The translations under genes were made by a program, and so were the position numbers. Positions 36,830-47,825 of a stretch of DNA of 64,000 nucleotides are shown here, piece by piece. The notes under the pieces were generated by a model that worked only from the letters and a program-made list of their open reading frames with translations, was not told where the DNA came from and made no database searches. Position 1 is the first letter of the stretch, and each line of letters starts with the position of its first letter. The stretch comes from Alphaproteobacteria bacterium (GTDB lineage Bacteria > Pseudomonadota > Alphaproteobacteria > Rhizobiales > Xanthobacteraceae), in the NCBI GenBank assembly GCA_037200445.1, contig JBBCGH010000001.1, positions 4,335,162 through 4,399,161 on the forward strand, written 5' to 3'.

Positions 36830-37394
36830 GAATGCGTACGGCTCTTATGCAGACGCACTCGGATTGTGTCACGAGCTCATTCTCGGCTTAGACCCAGCGC
36901 GGGGCCTCCATAGATTCCACGCCCTAATGGCGATGCAGTGGATGCAAGGGTGGTCCCTCCCTCGAATTATTGGCGACAGGCTTAGACGCCGTCCGAAGGC
37001 TAACCCTCGAATCATTATTCGGAATACGCTGGAGCTAATTGAAACTCAGATTAGGTTTCAGACACTGCGACTCTTTGGTTGCTATAATGCTGTGTTGGAA
37101 TTCGCTCTCCAGCAGGCTGGCGAGAGGCAGCTGTCAGACCACATTCCCGATGTGGAGCTATTCTTGGAAGTCGGTGCCTCCAACCAGACGATGATAAGTT
37201 TCATCTCGCTGGGTTTATCACGTGCCGCAGCCGTCCGTCTGAGCGGCGCGCGCGAGGAAGACGAGCCTGAACTGGAAATTGAGGACGCCCTAGAATGGCT
37301 GCGCCGGCAGGACCTGGATGCCCTTGGCCTATCGCCGCTACTCCGCGCTGAAGTGGATGCGTTGCTGGAAAAGCTAAGACCAAGATCGAACTAA
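36705..37394 (+). CDS. hamB: C-terminal domain of the HamB-like helicase in a different frame (frame open from 36669)
   Basis: The frame reads ...LPDEVLRRTPSVSPHKQQRLYRRLKGLIDHQPSTIQNLIPLHPRDENAYGSYADALG... to the stop at 37392-37394. It has no SD or ATG of its own (the listed start is GTG), so it is most simply a continuation of hamB after a 1-nt indel. Confidence 0.55.
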   Translation: MLRRTPSVSPHKQQRLYRRLKGLIDHQPSTIQNLIPLHPRDENAYGSYADALGLCHELILGLDPARGLHRFHALMAMQWMQGWSLPRIIGDRLRRRPKANPRIIIRNTLELIETQIRFQTLRLFGCYNAVLEFALQQAGERQLSDHIPDVELFLEVGASNQTMISFISLGLSRAAAVRLSGAREEDEPELEIEDALEWLRRQDLDALGLSPLLRAEVDALLEKLRPRSN

Positions 37395-37420
37395 GGACGC
37401 GTTCGAGCTCGACCACTTCA

Positions 37421-37452
37421 CCCCCGGATCAGCGCTTCGCGCCGTCCGGGGG
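37421..37452. terminator. GC-rich hairpin shared by the convergent hamB and rpoD 3' ends
   Basis: cccccgga (37421-28), a 16-nt loop, then tccggggg (37445-52). Lies between the stops at 37394 and 37460. No T-run on either side. Confidence 0.45.
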
Positions 37453-37459
37453 CTAAAGG

Positions 37460-39859
<2,400 letters not shown>

Positions 39860-39896
39860 AACTGTCCTCTGCGCAGCCCTTGGGGCCGCGGATAGC

Positions 39897-39922
39897 GAAA
39901 AAGGGCAGCGCAAGCGCCACCC
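39897..39922 (-). terminator. Hairpin plus T5 between the dnaG stop and the rpoD start
   Basis: Minus strand reads gggtggcgcttgcgctgccctttttc. The stem has two G-U pairs and ends about 38 nt upstream of the rpoD ATG. Confidence 0.35.
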
Positions 39923-40081
39923 GTCACGAATCAAGGCCGGAAGTCTGGGCAGGGCTCATTAAGCCCCGATTAACCCTCGATCAACCGGCCAAACCTGGCC
40001 TTTTCCCGGTTCCCCCGCGATGCCACCGCGCCCGGCGCAACTTGTCTCCCTACCCTATGTACGGAGTCTCGGTTTTTTGCC

Positions 40082-42013
40082 TCAGAACGTCCGCACCGGC
40101 CGCCCGGACAGGGCACCGAACCCGTCGATCAGGGCCTCGGTCCCTTCGAGCGACGAGAGCCGTGCCTGAACGTCGCGCAGCCAGGCGAGGTTTTCCTCGC
40201 TCGGCTCAGTGCCCAAGGCAGCTTCGGCGTCTTTGAGCTCCTTATGTAACGTCCGCGACTTGCGATGCAAGCTGACAACATGGGTCCACCAGAGGCTTAC
40301 GTCCTCCGGCGCCGTCCCCTCGCGCGCGGGCCAATCTGACGGATGGGTAATCGCCTGCTCGACCCGCGCGAGGAGTGCCCCCTGCCCTCGCGTGGCAATC
40401 GCAGCGCGCATGGCTGCAGGGCTCACCGGGTGCTCGGTTGAGGCCGCATCGAGAATGGCGCCACGCAGCCGGTCGCCATCGGCGTGGCGGAACTCGAGCG
40501 CCGCCAGTTCCTCGGCATGCGTATCGAGCAGCCACGGGTGATTGACCAGCGCGAGGAGAATGAGCGCCTCGCGCACTGGAAGTGCGCTGCGCATCCCGCG
40601 AACGATCGGGCTCGCAGTAAGGCGCGGACTAGGCACTGCCGGTACGTCGCGCGGCGGCCCCGACCGGCCGCGGCCCTTCCAGCGGTCCTTGGAGCCGGAC
40701 CGGCTTTCCCATGCGCGCCGGTTTTCATTCGCCGGCCGTGGCGCCGGCGCAAACAGCGTGCGCACCCGTTCGTCCAGATCCTGCCGGTAATATTTCCGCA
40801 CCGAGGGATCGTTGACCTGGTTCGTCACCTCGGCGATGCGCTGGTCGAGACCGGCGCGGCGCTCCGGCGTGTCGAAGCCGCCCGCCTCGGTCTCGCGCTG
40901 CCACAGCATGTCGGCGAGCCCCTGCGCTGCGCCGATCACTTCGCCAATGGCTTCGCGCCCGCCCGAGCGCATCAGATCATCCGGGTCCTGCCCTTCAGGC
41001 AGCAACGCGAATTTGATGGTCTTGCCCGGCTTGATGTGCGGCAGCGCCAGATCGACCGCCCGGTAAGCGGCGCGGCGGCCCGCGCCATCGCCGTCGAAAC
41101 ACAGCACCGGCTCGTCGGTCATCTTCCAGATCAGCGCGAGCTGATCTTCGGTGAGCGCGGTGCCAAGCGGCGCGACCGCCGCCTCATAGCCTGCCGTCAC
41201 CATCGCAATGACGTCGACGTAGCCTTCGACCACGACGACCGGCTTGCCGTCATGAGCGGCTTGCCGCGCGAGAAATCCGTTGTAAAGCGTCGCGCCCTTG
41301 TGGAAGAGCGGCGTCTCGGGCGAGTTCAGGTATTTCGCCGGCACATCCTTTTCGAGCGCGCGCCCGCCGAAAGCGATCGTGCGCCCGCGCAAGTCCGCGA
41401 TCGGAAACATCACGCGATCGCGGAAACGATCGTAGGGCACTCGATTGTCTTCACCGGTCACCAGCAGCCCGGCTTCGATCATGTCTTCGACCGAGATGCC
41501 TTGCGCGCCCAGATGCTCCTTCAGGGCGAAGCGCTCCGGCGGCGCATATCCGATGCGGAATTGCAGTTGCGTCGTTGGCTCGATCTCGCGGTCGGCCAGA
41601 TAGCCGCGCGCCTTGGCGCCCGCGCGTGAGGCGAGCGTCGTCTCGAAGAACTTCGCCGCAAGCTCGACGATGTCGTGCAGCGTCTTGCGCCGCTCGTCGC
41701 GCGCCTCGGCTTCCGGCGTCGACTTCGGTAGGGCCACGCCGGCCATGGAGGCGAGCCGCTCCACGGCCTCCGGGAACGTCACCCCCTCCGTCATCATCAC
41801 GAAATCGTAGATGCTGCCGTTCTTGCCGGACGAGAAGTCGAACCATGCCGCCTTCTGGTCGTTCACGAAGAACGACGGCGTCTTCTCCTTGTTGAATGGC
41901 GATAGCCCCCTCCATTCGCGCCCGGCCTTCTTCAGCGCGACGCGCCGCCCGACGACTTCCGAAACCGGAAGGCGGGATTTCAAGTCCTCTAGGAAATCGG
42001 GCGAAAAGCGCAT
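40082..42013 (-). CDS. dnaG: DNA primase DnaG
   Basis: Zn-ribbon region GLSPFNKEKTPSFFVNDQKAAWFDFSSGKNGSIYDFV and TOPRIM segment VVVVEGYVDVIA. Confidence 0.95.
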   Translation of the reverse strand: MRFSPDFLEDLKSRLPVSEVVGRRVALKKAGREWRGLSPFNKEKTPSFFVNDQKAAWFDFSSGKNGSIYDFVMMTEGVTFPEAVERLASMAGVALPKSTPEAEARDERRKTLHDIVELAAKFFETTLASRAGAKARGYLADREIEPTTQLQFRIGYAPPERFALKEHLGAQGISVEDMIEAGLLVTGEDNRVPYDRFRDRVMFPIADLRGRTIAFGGRALEKDVPAKYLNSPETPLFHKGATLYNGFLARQAAHDGKPVVVVEGYVDVIAMVTAGYEAAVAPLGTALTEDQLALIWKMTDEPVLCFDGDGAGRRAAYRAVDLALPHIKPGKTIKFALLPEGQDPDDLMRSGGREAIGEVIGAAQGLADMLWQRETEAGGFDTPERRAGLDQRIAEVTNQVNDPSVRKYYRQDLDERVRTLFAPAPRPANENRRAWESRSGSKDRWKGRGRSGPPRDVPAVPSPRLTASPIVRGMRSALPVREALILLALVNHPWLLDTHAEELAALEFRHADGDRLRGAILDAASTEHPVSPAAMRAAIATRGQGALLARVEQAITHPSDWPAREGTAPEDVSLWWTHVVSLHRKSRTLHKELKDAEAALGTEPSEENLAWLRDVQARLSSLEGTEALIDGFGALSGRPVRTF

Positions 42014-42148
42014 GGGTGATTCGGGGTTTGTTACCCGATCATACCCTTACAGTGATGCTGCCGGACCCGCCCTGAGGACGGCCGCTTGTCCCGGCTATCC
42101 ACAAAGGGACATCGGGTAGGATACACTGGGGCGGCGTGGGAGATTTCC

Positions 42149-42511
42149 ATGGACTTGGAGGTACTTAGTCGACGAGTCCTCGCCGAAATTGATAACTATC
42201 GATACGAGTTTCCCGACGGCATGATTGGCGGGCCGTGGAGCCCAACACATGTCGACTCTCATCTGCGGCAGATGCGGTCGGCACTGGTCGCTCCCTATTG
42301 GGCCGAAATCACGCGGCGCGACAGCCTTGAACAAATCCACGCGGATCAGCCGCTGGTGCATCCCTGCGCGGTCGTCGCCGACGACGGCAAGGGAACCCTG
42401 CTCGCGTTCGACCCTCAGGCCAACGAATTTCTTCTTGCCGAGTCTCGCGGCGACAAGCTCGTAAGCTTCGGCGTGACCGGGGATGCAGTGGGTTGTTTCA
42501 TGGCCCGATGA
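42149..42511 (+). CDS. Hypothetical protein (120 aa)
   Basis: ATG at 42149 preceded by GGGAG. No family recognised. Lies between dnaG and yqeY. Confidence 0.45.
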   Translation: MDLEVLSRRVLAEIDNYRYEFPDGMIGGPWSPTHVDSHLRQMRSALVAPYWAEITRRDSLEQIHADQPLVHPCAVVADDGKGTLLAFDPQANEFLLAESRGDKLVSFGVTGDAVGCFMAR

Positions 42512-42541
42512 GGGTGCGATGTGTCGGAGCAGGGTGCTCTG

Positions 42542-43000
42542 TCACCCCCCGCTCAATATCCTCTTCACTGCGCCGCTCGCCTTGCCGAAGTCGAGTTTGC
42601 CGGCATAGCGCTCTTTCAAGGCCGTCATCACGCGGCCCATGTCCTTCATGGCGGAGGCGCCGGTTTCCTTCACCAGCGCGACGATCGTGTCGTGGATCTC
42701 CTGCTCGGTCATCTGCGCCGGCAGGTACTTCTCGATGATGGCGATCTCCTCGCGCTCCTGCGCGACGAGGTCGGCGCGCCCGCCCTTTTGGTAGAGTTCG
42801 GCGGATTCGTGACGCTGCTTGATCATCTTCTGCAGCACGCCGAGCATGTCGTCGTCGGAGAGCGCGGGCTTGCCCTGCCCGCGCGCCTCGATGTCGGCAT
42901 TCTTCAGCGATGCGTTGACGAGCCGCAGCGTCGAGACACGGCGCGCATCGCCCGCCTTCATCGCGTCTTTCAGGGCATTGTTGATGTCGTCACGCAGCAT
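42542..43000 (-). CDS. yqeY: GatB/YqeY-domain protein
   Basis: MLRDDINNALKDAMKAGDARRVSTLRLVNASLKNADIE... is the typical YqeY pattern. Confidence 0.85.
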   Translation of the reverse strand: MLRDDINNALKDAMKAGDARRVSTLRLVNASLKNADIEARGQGKPALSDDDMLGVLQKMIKQRHESAELYQKGGRADLVAQEREEIAIIEKYLPAQMTEQEIHDTIVALVKETGASAMKDMGRVMTALKERYAGKLDFGKASGAVKRILSGG

Positions 43001-43097
43001 CGGAGAAAGCCTCTAACCGATTGATTCGTCGGAAACTCGCCGCCCGCTTGCCCGCCTGTTTTGACCCCGCGGGAGCACGCCGCTATCTAAGCCCACC

Positions 43098-44288
43098 ATG
43101 GACCACAAACAAGACGATTCCGGCTGGGCCGAGCACACGCCCACGGCCCTCCTGGTGCTTGCCGACGGCACCGTGCTGGAAGGCTATGGCCTAGGCGCGA
43201 CCGGCCATGCGGTCGGCGAAGTGTGCTTCAACACCGCGATGACCGGCTACGAGGAAATCCTCACCGATCCATCATACGCCGGACAGATCATCACCTTCAC
43301 GTTCCCGCACATCGGCAATGTCGGCACCAACGAGGAGGACATCGAGACGGTGAACATGGCGGCGACGCCAGGCGCGCGCGGCGTCATCTTGCGCACCGAC
43401 ATCACCGAGCCGTCGAGCTGGCGCGCGACCGCGCATCTCGACCAGTGGCTCAAGCGCCGCGGCGTCATCGGCCTTTCCGGCATCGACACGCGCGCACTGA
43501 CCGGCCTGATCCGCGAGAAGGGCATGCCCAACGCGGTGATCGCGCATTCGCCGGACGGCAAATTCGATCTCGACGCACTGAAGAAGGAAGCGCGCGAGTG
43601 GCCCGGCCTCGTCGGCATGGACCTCGTGCCGATGGTGACCAGCGGCCAGCGCTTCACCTGGGACGAGACCGAATGGAAGCTCGGCGAAGGATACGGGCGC
43701 CAGACCAACGGCGAATTCCATGTCGTCGCGATCGACTACGGCATCAAGCGCAACATCCTGCGCCTGCTCGCAGGCACCGCCGGCAAGGTCACGGTGGTGC
43801 CGGCGACGACCTCGGCCGACGATATCCTCGCCATGAAACCCGACGGCGTGTTCCTGTCGAACGGCCCGGGCGATCCGGCGGCGACCGGCGAATACGCCGT
43901 GCCCGTAATCAAGCAGGTGATCGATTCAGGCACGCCGACCTTCGGCATCTGCCTCGGCCATCAGATGCTCGGCATCGCGCTCGGCGGAACGACCAGGAAG
44001 ATGCATCAGGGCCACCACGGCGCGAACCACCCCGTGAAGGACCTGACCACCGGCAAGGTCGAGATCACCTCGATGAATCACGGTTTCGCGGTCGACAAGG
44101 ACACGCTTCCGGGCAACGTCGAGCAGACCCACGTCTCGCTGTTCGACGGCTCCAACTGCGGCCTTGCGCTCAAGGACAAGCCGGTGTTCTCGGTGCAGTA
44201 CCATCCCGAAGCGTCACCCGGCCCGCGCGACAGCCACTATCTGTTCCGCCGCTTCGCCGACCTGATGAAGGCCAGGAGGGCGTCGTGA
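43098..44288 (+). CDS. carA: Carbamoyl-phosphate synthase small (glutaminase) subunit
   Basis: GICLGHQ catalytic-Cys motif, HGANHPV, and [12 protein letters not shown]. Confidence 0.95.
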   Translation: MDHKQDDSGWAEHTPTALLVLADGTVLEGYGLGATGHAVGEVCFNTAMTGYEEILTDPSYAGQIITFTFPHIGNVGTNEEDIETVNMAATPGARGVILRTDITEPSSWRATAHLDQWLKRRGVIGLSGIDTRALTGLIREKGMPNAVIAHSPDGKFDLDALKKEAREWPGLVGMDLVPMVTSGQRFTWDETEWKLGEGYGRQTNGEFHVVAIDYGIKRNILRLLAGTAGKVTVVPATTSADDILAMKPDGVFLSNGPGDPAATGEYAVPVIKQVIDSGTPTFGICLGHQMLGIALGGTTRKMHQGHHGANHPVKDLTTGKVEITSMNHGFAVDKDTLPGNVEQTHVSLFDGSNCGLALKDKPVFSVQYHPEASPGPRDSHYLFRRFADLMKARRAS

Positions 44289-44338
44289 CGCCCGGCGGAA
44301 CGCCGCGCTAAGATTGCCTCCTCTCTGGGGGGCGAGGC

Positions 44339-44941
44339 GTGCACGACAAATCCCGATCGATCCCGAAACTGCGTCTCGACGCGTTGACCGACGGCGTGTT
44401 CGCGGTCGCGATGACCCTGCTGGTGATCGATCTCAAGCTGCCGGAAAGCTTCCATCCGAAGGATGCGGCGGAGTTGATGCATCGGCTCGGAGAACTCTGG
44501 AATCAGGTCATCGTCTACGTCGTCAGCTTCTACGTGCTCGGACTGCGCTGGACCGGAATGGTGCAGATGACGCCGCCGGGCGAAGAGATTAGCGCACGGT
44601 ACGCCCGATGGGCGTTGCTGCATCTCTTGCTCATCACGTTGGTGCCGTTCACCACCATGGTGATGGGCCGCCACATCAATTATGCCCCAGCGACCTGGCT
44701 CTACGCGGCCAACACGATTGCGTTCGCGCTGGTCGCGATCCGCATGATCTCGCTCACCGAGCCCGAGCACGCCCGCGCGCACCTCGACGACCGGCTCGGC
44801 CTCCTCGTGCTGATCGGAGCGTCGCTGCTCACGATCGCGGCGAGCCTTGTCGTGCCGCAGTATGCGATGCTTTTCTATCTGACGAACCTGCTCAACGGCC
44901 CGCTGCGCTGGTTTCTGCGGCGCAGGGGCGTCATCACCTAG
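44339..44941 (+). CDS. TMEM175-family (DUF1211) potassium-channel-like membrane protein
   Basis: GTG start. RLDALTDGVFAVAMTLLVIDL matches the RxxxFSD-type helix-1 motif. About six TM segments. Confidence 0.65.
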   Translation: MHDKSRSIPKLRLDALTDGVFAVAMTLLVIDLKLPESFHPKDAAELMHRLGELWNQVIVYVVSFYVLGLRWTGMVQMTPPGEEISARYARWALLHLLLITLVPFTTMVMGRHINYAPATWLYAANTIAFALVAIRMISLTEPEHARAHLDDRLGLLVLIGASLLTIAASLVVPQYAMLFYLTNLLNGPLRWFLRRRGVIT

Positions 44942-44991
44942 GCAACCGGAGGCGCTGCCGCGCGTTACCCTCCGTCCCACGAGACAGACGC

Positions 44992-45507
44992 ATGAGCACG
45001 AAGGCCCCCGCAGAGCCCCTCACCTTCCAGTTCGCCGACGATGGCGCGGTGCCGAACAACCGCCTGCCGTTCCTCGTCTACAAGGGCGCGATCGGCGGAC
45101 GCGATCTCGCCTCGGCGATCGAGAAGACGTTTCGCCGCAACGATTGGGGCCATGGTCTCTGGCACAACGGCATCTTTCCGTTCGTGCACTATCACTCGCA
45201 GATCCACGAGGTACTCGGCATCGCGGCCGGCAAGGCGCGCGTGCGCTTCGGCGGCAACAAGGGCGAGGAGCTCGACGTCGAAGCCGGCGATGTGGCGGTG
45301 CTGCCGGCCGGCACCGGGCATCAGCGCCTGTCATCAACACCGGATCTCCTGGTGATCGGCGCCTATCCGCCCGACGGCCACTACGACCTTTGCCGCGGCA
45401 CCAGTGCCGAGCATGCCCGCGCGCTCGCGACGATCCCGCGCGTGGCACTGCCGGACACCGATCCGCTGTTCGGCGCGGACGGGACGCTGACGAAGCTGTG
45501 GCGTTGA
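44992..45507 (+). CDS. Cupin-domain protein (YjlB-like)
   Basis: Start at MSTKAPAEP (ATG 44992). FVHYHSQIHEVLGIAAGKARVRFGG...GDVAVLPAGTGH is a cupin motif pair. Confidence 0.7.
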   Translation: MSTKAPAEPLTFQFADDGAVPNNRLPFLVYKGAIGGRDLASAIEKTFRRNDWGHGLWHNGIFPFVHYHSQIHEVLGIAAGKARVRFGGNKGEELDVEAGDVAVLPAGTGHQRLSSTPDLLVIGAYPPDGHYDLCRGTSAEHARALATIPRVALPDTDPLFGADGTLTKLWR

Positions 45508-45518
45508 ACTTTCCTCTT

Positions 45519-45612
45519 GTCATGCTCCGCGAAAGCAGAGCATCCAATAACCACCAGCGCTTCAATCAGGCGCCCGGTGTTTACTGGATCGCCCGCCTGC
45601 GCGGGCGATGAC
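45519..45612 (-). repeat. Structured roughly 90-nt repeat, copy A (reverse orientation relative to copy B)
   Basis: The reverse complement starts gtcatcgcccgcgcaggcgggcgatccag (29 nt identical to 52024-52052) and ends tggatgctctgctttcgcggagcatgac. There is a hairpin at each end. Confidence 0.75.
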
Positions 45613-45624
45613 GATGGGTGTTTG

Positions 45625-46320
45625 ATGACCTCCTGGCGCGAATTCTGGGATAGCTCCCATTCGATCTACGTGAGCGAGCGCCACAAGGACGTGCACTATC
45701 GCGACGTCGCCGAACAGCTCGCCGCGTTCGTAGCTGCGCCGCAGGCGCGCGTGCTCGACCACGGCAGCGGTGAAGCGATTCACGCCGACTTGGTGGCGGC
45801 GCGTGCGGGCGAACTCATCCTGTGCGACGCGGCCGCAACGGTCCGCGCCTCGGTGGCGGCGCGCTTTGCCGGCATCCCCAAGATCACGGTGATCGCGCCC
45901 GAGGATGTGGACCGTCTGCCGGACGCCAGCCTCGATCTGATCTTCGCCAATTCGCTGATCCAATACCTCACGGCTGACGAGCTCGACCGCATGCTCGCGC
46001 TTTGGCGCCGCCTGCTGATCCCCGGCGGCGTCCTGATTGTCGCCGACGTGATCCCACCCAACGTCGGCGCGCTGAGCGACGGGCTCGCGCTGTTGCGGTA
46101 TGCCGCCGCGAATGGATTTCTCGGAGCGGCGTTCGCCGGCCTGACGCGGACCGCGCTCTCGCGCTATGCCCGGCTGCGCAGCGAACTCGGCATTGCGCGC
46201 TACAGCGAAGCCGAGTTCACGCAGAAATTGCGCGCAGCCGGTTTTTCCGCCGAACGCTTGCCGAAAAACGTCGAGCATAACCCGGCGCGTATGACGTTTC
46301 GCGCGCGCTCGACCGATTAA
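45625..46320 (+). CDS. Class I SAM-dependent methyltransferase
   Basis: Start at MTSWREFWDS (ATG 45625). Motif I-like VLDHGSGEA, followed by GGVLIVADV. Confidence 0.7.
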   Translation: MTSWREFWDSSHSIYVSERHKDVHYRDVAEQLAAFVAAPQARVLDHGSGEAIHADLVAARAGELILCDAAATVRASVAARFAGIPKITVIAPEDVDRLPDASLDLIFANSLIQYLTADELDRMLALWRRLLIPGGVLIVADVIPPNVGALSDGLALLRYAAANGFLGAAFAGLTRTALSRYARLRSELGIARYSEAEFTQKLRAAGFSAERLPKNVEHNPARMTFRARSTD

Positions 46321-46374
46321 CCTTCTCTTTACCTTGTTGATGCGCGCGCCCCCCCGGAGAGGAATAATCGCCCC

Positions 46375-46451
46375 GACCCGGTGGCGGAGTGTAACGCGGG
46401 GGCGCAGCAAACGTCCTTCACGTCTGGTTCGAATCCAGACCCGGGTCTCCA
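46375..46451 (+). tRNA. tRNA-Cys(GCA)-like gene with non-canonical features
   Basis: 77 nt. Acceptor stem gacccgg/ccgggtc (7 bp), T8, D arm gcgg-agtgtaa-cgc, anticodon stem gggcg/cgtcc, loop cAGCAaa, T arm (g)tctgg-ttcgaat-ccaga(c), discriminator T and an encoded CCA. AATAAT lies about 6 nt upstream of the 5' end. Confidence 0.55.
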
Positions 46452-46536
46452 TCCGCCTTCGCTAACGCTTCGGCGGACGAGGCGTCTCGTAGCGGATGTC
46501 CGTCGTAGCTCTAGCGAAGACGGACTGCATCGGCCA

Positions 46537-47490
46537 TCAACTCTTCGCCTCGCCAACAGTGTCGGCCATGACCGCGCCGCGCGCGCCGAGCGGCTTGCCG
46601 CCGCCTTCCGTCGTATCGCGCGCGGTTTGATGCTCGATCTCTGCGTTGAGTTCGGCGCCAATCAGGATCACGATGACCGACAGCCAGATCCACATCATCA
46701 GTCCGATGACGGCGCCGAGCGAGCCGTAGGTCGCGTTATAGTCGGTGAATTTCGACAGATAGAGCGAGAACAGCGCCGAGATCGCGAGCCACGCAAACGA
46801 CGCGAAGATGCTGCCCGGCGTCACCCAGCGCCATTTCGCGTCGCGCCGCGAGGGGCCGAAGCGATACAGCAGCGCAAGCCCGAGCATCACCAGCACAAAG
46901 AGTGCAGGCCAACGCAGCAGTGCGAGAAGCCAGGTTTGCCGATCCTCCGCGAGCCCGAGATATTGGAGCACCAGCGGCAGCGCCACCACCGCCGCGACCG
47001 CCGTCAGCAAAGCCAGAACAGCGCACAGTGTGAAGGTGAGCGAAATTGCGTTCAGCTTGATGAAGCCGCGCTTCTCGTCTTCGTCGTAGACGACGTTGAG
47101 CGCATCGAAGATCGACTTCATGCCGGCGTTCGCGCTCCAGAGCGCAAGGCCGAGCCCGAAGATGAACGCGAAGGTGAGCTTCCCGTCGTTGTTACCGGCA
47201 ATGCGCGTGATCTGATCTCGGACCAGCTCATAGGCCGTCCCCGGCATCACGCTCGCAATGAAGCTTAGGTGTTCGTTGATGGTGCTCGCCTTGGCGAACA
47301 GCCCGTAGATCGACACCAGTGCGGTAATCGCCGGCACCACGGCCAGCATGGCGTAAAACACCACACCTGCGGCGATCATCAGCAAGCGGTGACCGCTGAT
47401 GTCTTCGTAGGTGCGCCAGAAGATGTCTTTCCAGCCGCGTGAGGGGATCGTTGTCGGGCTGTCGGCACCCCGTCCTCGACCCGACTGCAT
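46537..47490 (-). CDS. YihY/BrkB-family membrane protein
   Basis: Start at MQSGRGRGADSPTTIPSRGWKDIFWRTYEDISGHRLLMIAAGVVFY (rc of 47488-47490). An alternative upstream ATG is at 47667. Six TM segments. The rest of the 738-aa listed ORF is spurious. Confidence 0.8.
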   Translation of the reverse strand: MQSGRGRGADSPTTIPSRGWKDIFWRTYEDISGHRLLMIAAGVVFYAMLAVVPAITALVSIYGLFAKASTINEHLSFIASVMPGTAYELVRDQITRIAGNNDGKLTFAFIFGLGLALWSANAGMKSIFDALNVVYDEDEKRGFIKLNAISLTFTLCAVLALLTAVAAVVALPLVLQYLGLAEDRQTWLLALLRWPALFVLVMLGLALLYRFGPSRRDAKWRWVTPGSIFASFAWLAISALFSLYLSKFTDYNATYGSLGAVIGLMMWIWLSVIVILIGAELNAEIEHQTARDTTEGGGKPLGARGAVMADTVGEAKS

Positions 47491-47796
47491 GCTGCGCCCA
47501 ACCTGCTGCGAGTATGGCTCCTCGGAAGGGCGATCGGCCCCTGGTGGCTGAGCGCTTTTCGGTCGTCCCCCTTTGCGCCGGACGCCCTCGAGCCGCAGGA
47601 CGCCAGCCGCGATCGCAAAGCCCGCGAGGGCTGCAAGCATGGGGGGGATGGCGCGCGGGGTGTGCATGGCCTGCACTAACGCGCAAAGGGCATCCGGTTT
47701 CCCGTCCACAGTGTGGATTAGCCCGCGCCTTTCGCCCTTCCCTGACCCTCGATTCTGGTCTAGACAGCCCGCGCGCGGGGCCGGGCCCTGCCGCGG

Positions 47797-47825
47797 GGGA
47801 CGCGCGTTCGGCGCGCCCTTTTTTT
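47797..47825 (+). promoter_or_regulatory. Hairpin plus T7 (intrinsic-terminator-like) in the carB leader
   Basis: ggg(a)cgcgc-gttcg-gcgcgccc is followed directly by ttttttt (47819-47825), 22 nt upstream of the carB ATG. There is no upstream plus-strand gene to terminate. Confidence 0.45.

Noticed and set aside
46375-46540. Two-piece (permuted) tmRNA, suggested by GGTTCGAATCC...TCCA
   Set aside because: The complementary 5' acceptor strand lies immediately upstream, giving an ordinary 77-nt cloverleaf. There is no ANDN-type tag reading frame or pseudoknot region downstream.
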